A DNA stretch of 63,376 nucleotides, counting the filler, from Octopus bimaculoides (Eukaryota), in NCBI RefSeq assembly GCF_001194135.2. It is 8 parts of 8 records of this genome, joined end to end, with 100 filler letters (N's around TTAATTAATTAA, not from the genome) between each part and the next. Parts side by side here need not be neighbours in the genome. Positions count along the whole stretch, not along the records: positions 1 to 15,854 come from NC_068987.1; 7 more parts are not named here. The stretch is one strand, 5' to 3'. Under the pieces are notes generated by a model. The model saw only the letters and a program-made list of their open reading frames with translations, ran no database searches and had not been told where the DNA came from. A program made the position numbers and the translations under genes. Shown one piece after another: positions 1 through 11,576 of this stretch. Position 1 is the first letter of the stretch; the number at the start of each line of letters is the position of its first letter.

Positions 1-232
1 ATATATGTATATGTGTGTGTGTTTGTGTGTGTGTGTTTGTCCCCCTAGCATTGCTTGACAACCGATGCTGGTGTGTTTATGTCTCCGTCACTTAGCGGTT
101 CGGCAAAAGAGACCGATAGAATAAGTACTAGGCTTACAAAGAATAAGTCCCGGTTTCGATTTGCTCGACTAAAGGCGGTGCTCCAGCATGGCTGCAGTCA
201 AATGACTGAAACAAATAAAAGAGTAAAAGAGT
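1..232 (+). mobile_element. SINE family A, 3' half (internal microsatellite plus tail)
   Basis: Reverse-complement match to the intact copy at 6244-6655; ends in the (TAAAAGAG)n-type tail. Confidence 0.85.
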
Positions 233-316
233 ATATATATATGTTAATTCTCTAAATGAAGTATTAACAGTAACTGCACGATAAAGTGTAGTATATTGCC
301 ACTTAAGTGTGGATAT

Positions 317-723
317 ATTCTTTTACTTGCTTCAGTCATTAGACTGCGGCCATACTGGGGCGCCCCCTTAAAATTCTTAGTCGAATGAATCGACACCACT
401 ACTTATTTTTTAAGCCTGGTACTTATTTTATTGGCTTCTTTTGTCGAACCGCCAAGTTACGTGATCATAAGCACACCACACCGGTCGTCAAGCGGTGGGG
501 TGAGGACAAACACAGACACAAAGATGCACACACACACACACGCACACGCACACACGCTTAAATATATGCGAAAGGCTTCTTTCAGTTTCTATCTACCAAA
601 TCCATTCACAAGGCTTTGGTCGGCCCGAAACTATAGTAGAAGATACTTGCCACGCAGTGGGACTGAACCCTGAACTATGTGGTTGGGAAGCAAGCTTCTT
701 CCCATAAAGCCACGCCTTTGCCC
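317..723 (-). mobile_element. SINE family A, near full length
   Basis: Colinear with 6244-6655: tail, ACACCACACCGG block, (CA)n, TACCAAATCCATTCACAAGGC domain, GGGACTGAACC (B-box-like head). Confidence 0.85.
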
Positions 724-1194
724 GTACATACGCGCACGCGTGTGCATATATGTGCGTATACAGTGAATACTCAAATATACTTATAATATATTTCTATGGC
801 TAATACAGTCATATACAGATGTGTCTGCATGCGCGCGTGTGTATGTATGTATATCAAGAAATACTTCAGTCAAATATTTATAAATAAACCTATGTGTTTG
901 CGTGTAAAGTATGATTGGCAGCTAACGTTGCTACCGTTTTATCCCAGTCGACTAACATATGGTGTAAAGAACAAGGAACTGGCTTTATAGATATTTCTCT
1001 GATAATTGTTGAAGACAGGGCAATGTGTCAATAAAAACAGCTAGTTCTGTTCTCTAGCAATATTCACAGACATCTGTGTAATTTATAGCTGTGCTTTGGG
1101 AAGTTTCTTTTAACAGCTCGTCTGTTAAACTTGCTTCATTCTGTATATTTGTACTCTTGTAATTTAACGTTCCGCATTGTAAGGATCTGCCGTT

Positions 1195-1195
<1 letters not shown>

Positions 1196-1235
<40 letters not shown>

Positions 1236-1343
1236 CGTCGTCGCAGTAGTAGCCTATTTCTTCTTCTTCTCCTTCTCCTCCACCTCTTCCACCACCACCT
1301 CCTCCACAAACACCTCCTCCCCACCTCCTCCCCACCTCCTCCC
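1196..1343. repeat. Compound trinucleotide repeat (CGT)n/(CTT)n/(CCT/CCA)n running into a gap
   Basis: Direct reading. Confidence 0.95.
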
Positions 1344-2085
1344 NNNNNNNNNNNNNNNNNNNNNNNNNNNNNNNNNNNNNNNNNNNNNNNNNNNNNNNNN
1401 NNNNNNNNNNNNNNNNNNNNNNNNNNNNNNNNNNNNNNNNNNNNNNNNNNNNNNNNNNNNNNNNNNNNNNNNNNNNNNNNNNNNNNNNNNNNNNNNNNNN
1501 NNNNNNNNNNNNNNNNNNNNNNNNNNNNNNNNNNNNNNNNNNNNNNNNNNNNNNNNNNNNNNNNNNNNNNNNNNNNNNNNNNNNNNNNNNNNNNNNNNNN
1601 NNNNNNNNNNNNNNNNNNNNNNNNNNNNNNNNNNNNNNNNNNNNNNNNNNNNNNNNNNNNNNNNNNNNNNNNNNNNNNNNNNNNNNNNNNNNNNNNNNNN
1701 NNNNNNNNNNNNNNNNNNNNNNNNNNNNNNNNNNNNNNNNNNNNNNNNNNNNNNNNNNNNNNNNNNNNNNNNNNNNNNNNNNNNNNNNNNNNNNNNNNNN
1801 NNNNNNNNNNNNNNNNNNNNNNNNNNNNNNNNNNNNNNNNNNNNNNNNNNNNNNNNNNNNNNNNNNNNNNNNNNNNNNNNNNNNNNNNNNNNNNNNNNNN
1901 NNNNNNNNNNNNNNNNNNNNNNNNNNNNNNNNNNNNNNNNNNNNNNNNNNNNNNNNNNNNNNNNNNNNNNNNNNNNNNNNNNNNNNNNNNNNNNNNNNNN
2001 NNNNNNNNNNNNNNNNNNNNNNNNNNNNNNNNNNNNNNNNNNNNNNNNNNNNNNNCTCTCTCTCTCCCTCTCTCTGAATATATAT

Positions 2086-3982
2086 AAAACCACGCAATAC
2101 GAGTAATTTGCTGTACGAGCCGAGACCCGTGCGAATTTTTGTCTTGAAGTACGAGCGGAAATCTGCTTCATACAAGCGACCGCTAGTCGGCGCTGAGATC
2201 GCGTACGCTCTCCCAATAGGTGCGGTCTCCACTCGCTCAATTCACGTGTCTATCTCGTTGTCGCACCATCCCTGTTGTATTTTTTTCCAGTGATTTTGTT
2301 TAGTTTTGTGCAGTTTTTGCTATTATTTTATAATAATTAGCCATGGGTCCTAAGAAGGTTAGTGCAAAGGATAGTGCTGAGAAGAAGAAAAAGCTGATTG
2401 CGATAGAACTGAAAAAGGAAATCATTGATAAATATGAGAGAGGAGTGCGTGTAGTGGACATAGCACGTCAATACGACCGAAGCACGTCGACAATTTACAC
2501 CATCCTGAAGATAAGGACGAGATCAAGGACGTTACAACACATCGCAGGCTCTCTAAGCAACGCGCATCTGTCCACGAAAACCTGAAAAATTTGCTTCTCC
2601 TGTAGATCAACGAGAACCAGCTCGCAGGGGATATGATTACGGAGACCAGCATCTGTGAGAAAGTACGAGCGCTGTATGGGAGATCTCCTGAAGCAGAACC
2701 CTGGAACATCGACGGAGGGGACATTAGCAGACGCATTTAAGGCCAGTCATGGCTGGTCTGGTAATTTCAAGAAGAGGACTGGTGTTCAGAGCATCGTCAG
2801 ATATGGAGAAGCAGCGAGTTCTGACACAAATGCAGCTGAAGATTTCGTGCGTGAATTCCGTCAGCTTTTCACAGCCGAGAGGTACATCGCACAACATGTA
2901 TTCAACTGTGATGAAACTGGTCTTTTTTGGTAAAAAATGCCCAGAAGAACCTACATAACTGCAGGTGAAAAGAAAATGCCAGGCCACAAGCCTATGAAAG
3001 CTAGGCTAACTCTTGCTCGAGTGGAAATTTGAAGATTAAGCCGTTCCTTGTCTACCATTCCGGAAACCCACGATCGTTCAAGTCGCACAACATCCTGAAG
3101 AAGAAGCTGTAGGTTATGTGGAGGGCAAACGTTAAAGCCTGGGTCACCAGGCAATTCTTCTCCGAGTGGGTCGATCTTGTCTTCGGACCAGCAGTGAAAA
3201 AGTACCTTCTGGAGAACGTTATTCCTCTCAAGGCCCTCTTCATCTTCGACTATGCTCCTGCTCACCCTGCTAACCTCGAAGATGATATCGTGGACGAATT
3301 TAAATTTATAAATTTATAAAAGTTCAATACCTTTCATGCAACACCACCCCTATCTTGCAGCCCATGGACCAACGGGTGTTTTCTAATTTTAAGAAATTGT
3401 ACACCAAACACCAATTTCGTCAGTGCTTTGAAGTCACCGAAAATACAAATCTAACCCTTCGTGAGTTTTGGAAGGAGGACTACAAGATTGTAAACTGCTT
3501 GAAAATCATCAATATGTCTTGGCAGGGTGTAACGAGGAGAACAAGCATGGGAGAAACTGTGGCCTGATTGCGTATCTGAAAGAGACTTCGAGGGGTTTGA
3601 GTCTGAGACACCCGTGGTCGAGGAGATAGTGTCTCTTGGCAAGTCCATGGGCCTCGAGGTTGACGATGGGGATATTAACGATCGCGTTGAGGAACACTCA
3701 AAAGAGCTGACGACAGATGAACTCCTGCAGCTTCAGGAGCAGCAGCATTTGGATGCGGTGGAAGAGATTGGTTCCTCAGAGTAGGACAGTGTAGCAGAGA
3801 AGGCTATCTCTACGAGTGACATAAAGACAGTGTTGGCAAAGTGGCAGTATCTTTCTGAATTTGTAGAAAAATATCATCCTGAAAAAGTAGCTACAGGTCC
3901 TGCAGCTGCTTTATTTAATGACACTTCTCTGGTGCATTTTCGTAACTTTTTGAAAGGCGGGAAAAAAACAAACTTCTCTTGA
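2086..3982 (+). mobile_element. Decayed Tigger/pogo DNA transposon (transposase pseudogene)
   Basis: MGPKKVS...IELKKEIIDKYERG...STIYTILK (CENP-B-like HTH), FKASHGW, VFNCDETGLFW*KMPRRTYIT, FDYAPAHP and QPMDQ DDE motifs, split over several frames with stops. Confidence 0.92.
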
Positions 3983-4199
3983 GGTATGTATTGGTGTGTA
4001 TTGTAAGAAACAGCAAAGTTTCTTTCTCTAACATTTTACATAGTTCAACCCACATAAGTTAATGTTTGAATAACAAAATAGGAATTTTGGAAGAAGTTCC
4101 CATAAAACTAGTTTTTAAACATCAAATGACTATGGGGGTCCAGGATAAGATAATAATCATTTTAAGTTGGTTCCCCAGAATGTCAGCATTCTAATGACT

Positions 4200-4521
4200 G
4201 AGGCAAGTAGGAGCCATGCTATGTAGAGAGCAAAGACCCTCTTCAGGCATGAAGGGCCATGGGATTACACCTAGAAAGTTACCCTCCGAGCACGATTGTT
4301 TACTGGAAGACCAGTAGTCACCCATGCACACCAGCCCCGCCTTTCTAAGGGATATTATCCAAGGGATAGGTAAAGGTTGATACAGCTAGGCACCAGTGAT
4401 GTCGCAACTCATTTCTATAGCTGAGTGAACAGGAGCAACGTAAAATAAAGTGCCCGGTCCAAGAATCGAACTCACTACCTCATAATTGTGAGCCCAATGC
4501 TCTAACCACTGAGCCATGCGC
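4200..4521 (-). mobile_element. tRNA-derived SINE (family D)
   Basis: Minus strand reads GCGCATGGCTCAGTGGTTAGAGC (A box) ... GAGTTCGATTCTTGG (B box), then a TTGCTCCTGTTCACTCAGCT central domain. Confidence 0.75.
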
Positions 4522-4719
4522 TTTCATGTTACTTATAAATATATATTATTTAAGACTTCTTTTCTTTATCAGTCGTAACCGAGCTGTCAGCCAAATTCAG
4601 GTGAGCCAATAAATAGGAAGACGTAAACAGAACTGTCATACTCTAACTTTAAGTGATTGAAGACTTTGATTTCGGTTAAGATAAAACAATAAATCATACA
4701 TTAAAATATCTTTCATCTT

Positions 4720-5848
4720 TTACTTGTTTCACTCATTAGACTGCGGCCATGCTGGAGGCNNNNNNNNNNNNNNNNNNNNNNNNNNNNNNNNNNNNNNNNN
4801 NNNNNNNNNNNNNNNNNNNNNNNNNNNNNNNNNNNNNNNNNNNNNNNNNNNNNNNNNNNNNNNNNNNNNNNNNNNNNNNNNNNNNNNNNNNNNNNNNNNN
4901 NNNNNNNNNNNNNNNNNNNNNNNNNNNNNNNNNNNNNNNNNNNNNNNNNNNNNNNNNNNNNNNNNNNNNNNNNNNNNNNNNNNNNNNNNNNNNNNNNNNN
5001 NNNNNNNNNNNNNNNNNNNNNNNNNNNNNNNNNNNNNNNNNNNNNNNNNNNNNNNNNNNNNNNNNNNNNNNNNNNNNNNNNNNNNNNNNNNNNNNNNNNN
5101 NNNNNNNNNNNNNNNNNNNNNNNNNNNNNNNNNNNNNNNNNNNNNNNNNNNNNNNNNNNNNNNNNNNNNNNNNNNNNNNNNNNNNNNNNNNNNNNNNNNN
5201 NNNNNNNNNNNNNNNNNNNNNNNNNNNNNNNNNNNNNNNNNNNNNNNNNNNNNNNNNNNNNNNNNNNNNNNNNNNNNNNNNNNNNNNNNNNNNNNNNNNN
5301 NNNNNNNNNNNNNNNNNNNNNNNNNNNNNNNNNNNNNNNNNNNNNNNNNNNNNNNNNNNNNNNNNNNNNNNNNNNNNNNNNNNNNNNNNNNNNNNNNNNN
5401 NNNNNNNNNNNNNNNNNNNNNNNNNNNNNNNNNNNNNNNNNNNNNNNNNNNNNNNNNNNNNNNNNNNNNNNNNNNNNNNNNNNNNNNNNNNNNNNNNNNN
5501 NNNNNNNNNNNNNNNNNNNNNNNNNNNNNNNNNNNNNNNNNNNNNNNNNNNNNNNNNNNNNNNNNNNNNNNNNNNNNNNNNNNNNNNNNNNNNNNNNNNN
5601 NNNNNNNNNNNNNNNNNNNNNNNNNNNNNNNNNNNNNNNNNNNNNNNNNNNNNNNNNNNNNNNNNNNNNNNNNNNNNNATATATATATACATACGACGGG
5701 CTTCTTTCAGTTTCTGTCTACCAAATCGACTTACAAGGTTTTGGTTGGCCCAAGGCTTCAGTAGAAGACACTTGCTCAAGGTGCCGCGCACTGGGGGTCG
5801 AAATCCAAAACCACGTGGTTAGGAAGCAAACTTCTTGCGACACAACTA
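4720..5848 (-). mobile_element. SINE family A tail and head on either side of an N gap
   Basis: Tail at 4720-4759 and head at 5680-5848 match 6244-6655. The gap sits where the internal microsatellite would be. Confidence 0.7.
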
Positions 5849-6133
5849 CAAATGAAAACAAAGTAAATAAAATGTAAACTAATAATGATTTTTTGGGAGA
5901 AACGAGTCCCTCTGTCTGTCTGTCTGTCGCGAGAGAGACCGACAGACAGAAGAAGAGAGAGACCGAGAGACCTTGGATCAAAACGAGATCACACCGCTGA
6001 TATCTATTGTTATCAACTCGGGAAAGATAAATGCAAAAGATCAACTGGCCTGGGTCGAGTTGATCTATTAACGAACTCAGTCCAGTCTTGACTGTCTCGA
6101 TTTGTTCCCTGCATGCATGTACCCCAGACAACA

Positions 6134-6673
6134 TTATCTCTTTAGCATTCGGATTACTCTCTCAAATGTAATGCTTATTTATTCACATCGCTTTGAATTA
6201 ATCCGGCATTATCTCACAGATTCAAGATTTCTATGATGTGATTACTCTTTTACTCTTTTACTTGTTTCAGTCATTTGACTGTGGCCATGCTGGTGCACCA
6301 ACTTCAGTCGAACGAATCGATGCCAGGACTTATTCTTTGGATGCTCAGTACTTATTCTATCGGTCTCTTTTGCCGAACCGCTAAGTTACGGGGACGTAAA
6401 GACACCACCATCGGTTGTCAAGCGATGTTGGGGGGACAAACACAGACACACAAACATATACACACACATACATAGATATATATACATATATACGACAGGC
6501 TTCTTTCAGTTTCCGTCTACCAAATCCACTCACAAGGCTTTGGTCGGCCCGAGGCTATAATAGAAGACACTTGCCCAAGGTGCCACGTAGTGGGACTGAA
6601 CCCAGAACCATGTGGCTGGTAGGTAAGCTACTTACCACACAGCCACTCCTGCGCCTGATTGTTTATTTTTTAG
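6134..6673. mobile_element. MITE-like repeat (CTTTAGCATTC terminus) interrupted by a SINE A
   Basis: Sequence reads through ...GATGTGATT | GTTTATTTTTTAG when the SINE is removed. Family recalled from memory only. Confidence 0.4.
6244..6655 (-). mobile_element. SINE family A, complete copy with 5-bp target-site duplication
   Basis: Minus strand: GGCGCAGGAGTGGCTGTGTGG (A box), GGGTTCAGTCCC (B box), central domain, (TA/TG)n, (TAAAAGAG)n tail. TGATT at 6239-6243 and 6656-6660. Confidence 0.92.
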
Positions 6674-7162
6674 NNNNNNNNNNNNNNNNNNNNNNNNNNN
6701 NNNNNNNNNNNNNNNNNNNNNNNNNNNNNNNNNNNNNNNNNNNNNNNNNNNNNNNNNNNNNNNNNNNNNNNNNNNNNNNNNNNNNNNNNNNNNNNNNNNN
6801 NNNNNNNNNNNNNNNNNNNNNNNNNNNNNNNNNNNNNNNNNNNNNNNNNNNNNNNNNNNNNNNNNNNNNNNNNNNNNNNNNNNNNNNNNNNNNNNNNNNN
6901 NNNNNNNNNNNNNNNNNNNNNNNNNNNNNNNNNNNNNNNNNNNNNNNNNNNNNNNNNNNNNNNNNNTTCAGAAGTGTTTTCTAGTGATGCTATGTTTAGT
7001 ATGTGTCTGCAAGGTTGTGGATGATAATGTCATGACCTCTTCACATGTCGGCTAGTTTGCTTAGGATTAGGATGTGTGAGCAGTGCAATCCTCTTGGCGC
7101 CAAATAGGGTCTCGGTAGACAACATAATTGGGAAATAATGTATAACTATTGGACGGAAGGGT

Positions 7163-7231
7163 GGGAACAACTGAGAGAGTGAGACAGGGGGAGAGACAGG
7201 GGGAGAGAGAGAGAGACCGACTGACAGACAA

Positions 7232-7272
<41 letters not shown>

Positions 7273-7680
7273 AAAGAGACAGACGAACAAATAAAGAAAG
7301 AAGAAGAGAGAAACTGATAGACAGTCGAAGAGAAAGAGGGAGATCGCGCGAGTGAGCGCGCGAAAGAGAGAGAGAGAGAAAAAGAGGCAGACAAACAGAG
7401 AAAGAAAGGCAGAGAGACTGACAGACGGGTAGAGAAAGGGACAGGTTGGGAGGGAGAGAGAGAGAGAGAAAGAGAGAAAGAGAGAAGAGACAGACGGACA
7501 AATAGAGAAAGAAAGAGAAAGAGGTGACAGATAAACAGAGACAGACAGATAGAGAGAGAGTAAGAGAGAGAAAGAGAGTGAGAGAGAGAGAAAGAAAGAG
7601 AAAGTGAAAGAAAGGAAGTGAGGGAGAGAGAGAGAGAGAAAGTGAAGGAGAGAAAGAGAGAGAGAAAGAAAGAAAGAAAT
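7163..7680. repeat. Long compound (AG)n/(AAAG)n/(ACAG)n purine-rich tract
   Basis: Direct reading. Confidence 0.95.
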
Positions 7681-8167
7681 GGGGTTGCAATGTGTATAGG
7701 CGAATAAATATAATGAAAAGACAAAAGTGTAGTGCTAAGACAGGAAAAGTAATGTATACACAATGATAAGTAGACAGAAAGAGGAATGATAAATGATTGT
7801 GTGAAAAGTTAGGGAGAGGAAGGAGAGAGGAGAGATGTGATGTATATAAAGGTTATGGTAGGGTAGAATGCCCGAGAGAGAGAGGAAGAGAAAGAGAGAG
7901 AGAGGAAGAGAAATGTTGAGGAGGGATTAACTGACAGAAAGAGAAACACACTATAAAAGTGAATGAAATAGAAATTGTCATATCACCGGAGACTGTGCTG
8001 TGGGATTAGTTTGAGCCATATTTCTTGCGAATAATGCCTATTGAATCCACATGGATTATTTACTTTTTGAAATGAGATTTTGGAGTATGAAATTAGTGTG
8101 ATTATTTATTTATTCTATTTTGTTTTACTTAAACGTCCGTTTAAAACCAGTGAATCACAACAGACTA

Positions 8168-8168
<1 letters not shown>

Positions 8169-8235
<67 letters not shown>
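8169..8235. repeat. (GT)n microsatellite
   Basis: Direct reading; one of dozens of di-, tri- and tetranucleotide tracts in the window. Confidence 0.98.
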
Positions 8236-8237
<2 letters not shown>

Positions 8238-8469
8238 GAAACATAAAATAGGGATAAAGACATACGGACAACATCGCAACAAAATTTGTATTTTCTTTTT
8301 TCGTTAGTCAGCAAGTGTTAATTCCTATTTGCTTCTGTCTAGAAATCAAAGGAAATGACACCTGTCCCCTTCAAACTTTACTTTTGTGACCTGGACAGTA
8401 ATGCTCTGAAACTGAGCTATTGTCCATTACATTTCACACAGATTCAACGCTGAGTTGCTGAAGCAGAAA

Positions 8470-8645
8470 TATCGTTATAGCAAAAATTCTGCTCAATACC
8501 ACAGAATTGCTTGTCAGTTGCTTGACCATAACTATCTGAGCATGTCCCTTAGTGACTGACACTATGTGCATCTTTGATCATGAGTAGGAGTAGTGGGAAG
8601 CATCAAAGCCATGTGTTGAAAGGGATACTTTGGGGTTTGAATAAA
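8470..8645 (+). repeat. Partial copy of the unclassified repeat at 40086-40637
   Basis: Shared ATTCTGCTCA..ACC.CAGA.TTGCTTG..AGTTGCTTGA...GAGCATGTCCCTT...TATGTGCATCT.TGATCA...CTTTGGGGTTTG. Confidence 0.8.
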
Positions 8646-9064
8646 TGTAACAAAAGCAAAGTTTGAAGGAAATATTAGCTATTTTCCATACTTTCTAGGG
8701 TTAAGCAAATAGGAAATAACAGTTGCTTGCCAAGGATAAGCATCGTGTTACACAGTGTAATTAAACGTTTCTGTTAATTATTTTTGTAACCTCCATGCTC
8801 CTCCACTACTTCTCCTCATTTCAGGAGGATCTTAGTCATGGTAGGTGCATCTCTGAAAATGAATGTACGTCAGCCGTGGTAGCTTTTTGAAGACCATTTA
8901 AAGGCTTTTAATCTGCTATCTGTGAAATGATACTGGCCACATTTACCGGAAGTCATTCATCGCAGTGAACTTTGAGTTGTTTACTCATTTGTCTCACAAG
9001 ATGATGTTCGAGACAGCAAACGATGTCTTTGTACACCGCACAACAAGCAGCCCCCTCACTCGTT

Positions 9065-9262
9065 AGATTTCCTTGCCATGGTTAACTTTACATTTCATCC
9101 ATCCGGCGTCGATAACTAAAATAGCAGTCCAGTGTGATGGTGGTGGTGGTGGTGGGGTGAATGTACGTGGCCGAGTGGTTAGATATTGAAATTCAGAATC
9201 ATAGGATACAGGTTTTGATTGCTGGAGCGAGTGTTGCGTTGTGTTCTTGAGCAAAACACCAG
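9065..9262 (+). mobile_element. Degraded SINE B fragment followed by a tRNA-like SINE head
   Basis: AACTTTACATTTCATCC..GTCGATAA resembles family B; GTGGCCGAGTGGTTAG is an A-box-like motif. Confidence 0.5.
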
Positions 9263-9499
9263 AGCCACCTTAGCGGCATTATAGGCTGCATGGGCATCAA
9301 TGCACTGGGTGCTATAGTTAGGGCAGGTTTTAAACCAATTAGACAGATTTGTTCAAATTGGGCCCTGTGCCAAGAGAGGACTCTATGCGTACACTCGAGT
9401 GGGGACCGCTATGATGAATTTTTAGTATATCATTATAGCTAATGGTGGAACCTCAAGCTCTCAACGCTTTTTTGGATGAGTAAATGAGATTCTTGTGGC

Positions 9500-10476
9500 G
9501 GTTCATAGTCTGTTCGTTATGTATTGTATAGGATTGCGTGCTGGAACATTGTCCAGATGAAACTAGATCTCTTTCGGCAGTTTTCCTCGACGTTTGGCCT
9601 CGATAATCTTTCCTTAGTCAGTTGGCATGGTACTCTCCATTGATGCTGTGATCCTTTTCAAGAGAGTCATTAAATACAATGATTTTGCATCCAAAAAAAA
9701 CTGAGGCCATCACCTTCCCTGCAGATGGAACGACCTTGGCCTTCTTTGGAGTAGTTGAGGCGGGGGAGGGGTGTTTCCACTACATGGATTGTCTCTTTGT
9801 CTTTAGCTCAAAGTAGTGAATCCAGCACTCATCCTGGCTTAGGAAACGATCAAAGAAACCAGCCTGAAACAATGTCAGATTTTCCCGTGATGTGATCATC
9901 CTGATGCGCATTTGATTAGGTGTCTGAAGACGTGGCAGCCACTAAGCAGAAACATTCGCCATGCTAAGTTCATTGTGCTGCAGAATATTCTCAACTCTCT
10001 AATGGGATATGCTAATGGCATTGGCTATTTTATTTATAGTCAATCTTCTGTCATCCATCACCATGTGGTGAACATGATTAATGTTTCCCTCGATGGCGGC
10101 AGTTGCAGGACTTCCAGCCTTTGGTCAGCTTGAAGATTTTCCTTTTCCCTCCTAAATTCAGCTGCCCACTTTTGCACAATTGCCAAGTCATGAGTATCAT
10201 CCCCTAATGTAGGAAACATGTCAACACGAATGTTCTTGACCGATAAACCCTTTTTCTTCAAGTACTTGATAACACCACGATGCAAATTTTGTCCATTTTC
10301 AAGAGGAGTCGCTACTAGTTACTTTTGAAATCTTCTCTAAACAGTCAGATGTCAGTTTACCGGGAAAGAAACAACGCAGTTATTAATAAGAAAGGCTGAA
10401 ATTAATGCATGCAAGATTTCACAGCTCCCGCATCATTCCTTCATAGTCACCCTAAGAATTTTTCAGCTGACCCTCG
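9500..10476 (-). mobile_element. Mariner transposon, 5' two-thirds, decayed
   Basis: RGVIKYLKKKGLS...LGDD...VQKWAAEFRR (HTH) and FHLDNVPAR (DNAPAH-like). Terminal inverted repeat at 10449-10476 matches 58425-58452. Confidence 0.85.
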
Positions 10477-10494
10477 ATTCCTGCCTTTAAATCT

Positions 10495-10745
10495 CATGTA
10501 ATATCGTGGAAGTATGGTACGTTAGGTTAGACGTAATCGTTACTCTTAAAGCAAACTCCTTGAAATGCATATGAAATCGTTTTTAAATCTGTTTCTGGTG
10601 TAGTCATGCGTATTGTGAAAGAGTACCAAGCCGTCATCTCTGTACAGTTCGGAGCTATAAGATGATTCGCTGTCAAAGAGAGGCAAGGATAAGCACTCTC
10701 ACACGATCGATTGCCTAACCTCCCCATGGAGATGTCGAACAAAAG
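10495..10745 (-). mobile_element. Penelope-like retroelement reverse transcriptase fragment
   Basis: Frameshifted LFDISMG..., LYRDDGLVLFHN (catalytic YRDD) and FKEFALRVTITSNL. Confidence 0.7.
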
Positions 10746-11140
10746 CCAGTATGTATGTTGCAAATCACATATCTTAGCACTGCTCTGTGTGAGTGTGTGT
10801 GTGTGTGTATGCGTATGTGTGTGTGTGTGTGTGTTGTATGTGAGTTGTGTGTGTGTGTATATGTATGTATGTGTTCATACATGCAAACCTATTTCTTCAT
10901 ACATAGATATACGTGTATATGTGTTTGAACGTATTTGAAATACGGTCAATCATCATGCAACATTTCTATTTTCTTTATCGTTTATTACAGAGATGACAAG
11001 AAACCTAATTGCGTTTGTCTGAATCTTATTATTTGTTGTTTTTTTTTCAAAGGACCTGCAGAAAACTACATTAGAAATTCAATAAATCAATGTTGCGACG
11101 GTTGCTGATATGGAAAAAGGGTTTTAAATAGATAAATAAT

Positions 11141-11146
<6 letters not shown>

Positions 11147-11189
<43 letters not shown>
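11147..11189. repeat. (GATA)n microsatellite
   Basis: Direct reading. Confidence 0.97.
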
Positions 11190-11190
<1 letters not shown>

Positions 11191-11485
11191 GTCAGCGATT
11201 TATTTGGTGGTTTTTGCTATTTGTTAGATATTATTTTACATTCCTGTCCATACAGAGCCCACATCCTGCCAAGGTATAATTTGACTTTCATCCCTCTAAG
11301 GTCAATAAATAAATATTGCGCACATACAAAATTATTGTGGGTTTATGCAAATGTAAAAAGTGTATGCTTCTGTTTTTCGTTTATCATTTCATTATTATAT
11401 GTAAGCCCCCTCATTTTATGTCTGTCTCTGTATTGTCCTCCTCATCTTTCGTCCTCGTGGCAAATAATTGAAATCATCATCGTCA

Positions 11486-11555
<70 letters not shown>

Positions 11556-11576
11556 CATCATCATCATCATCATCAT

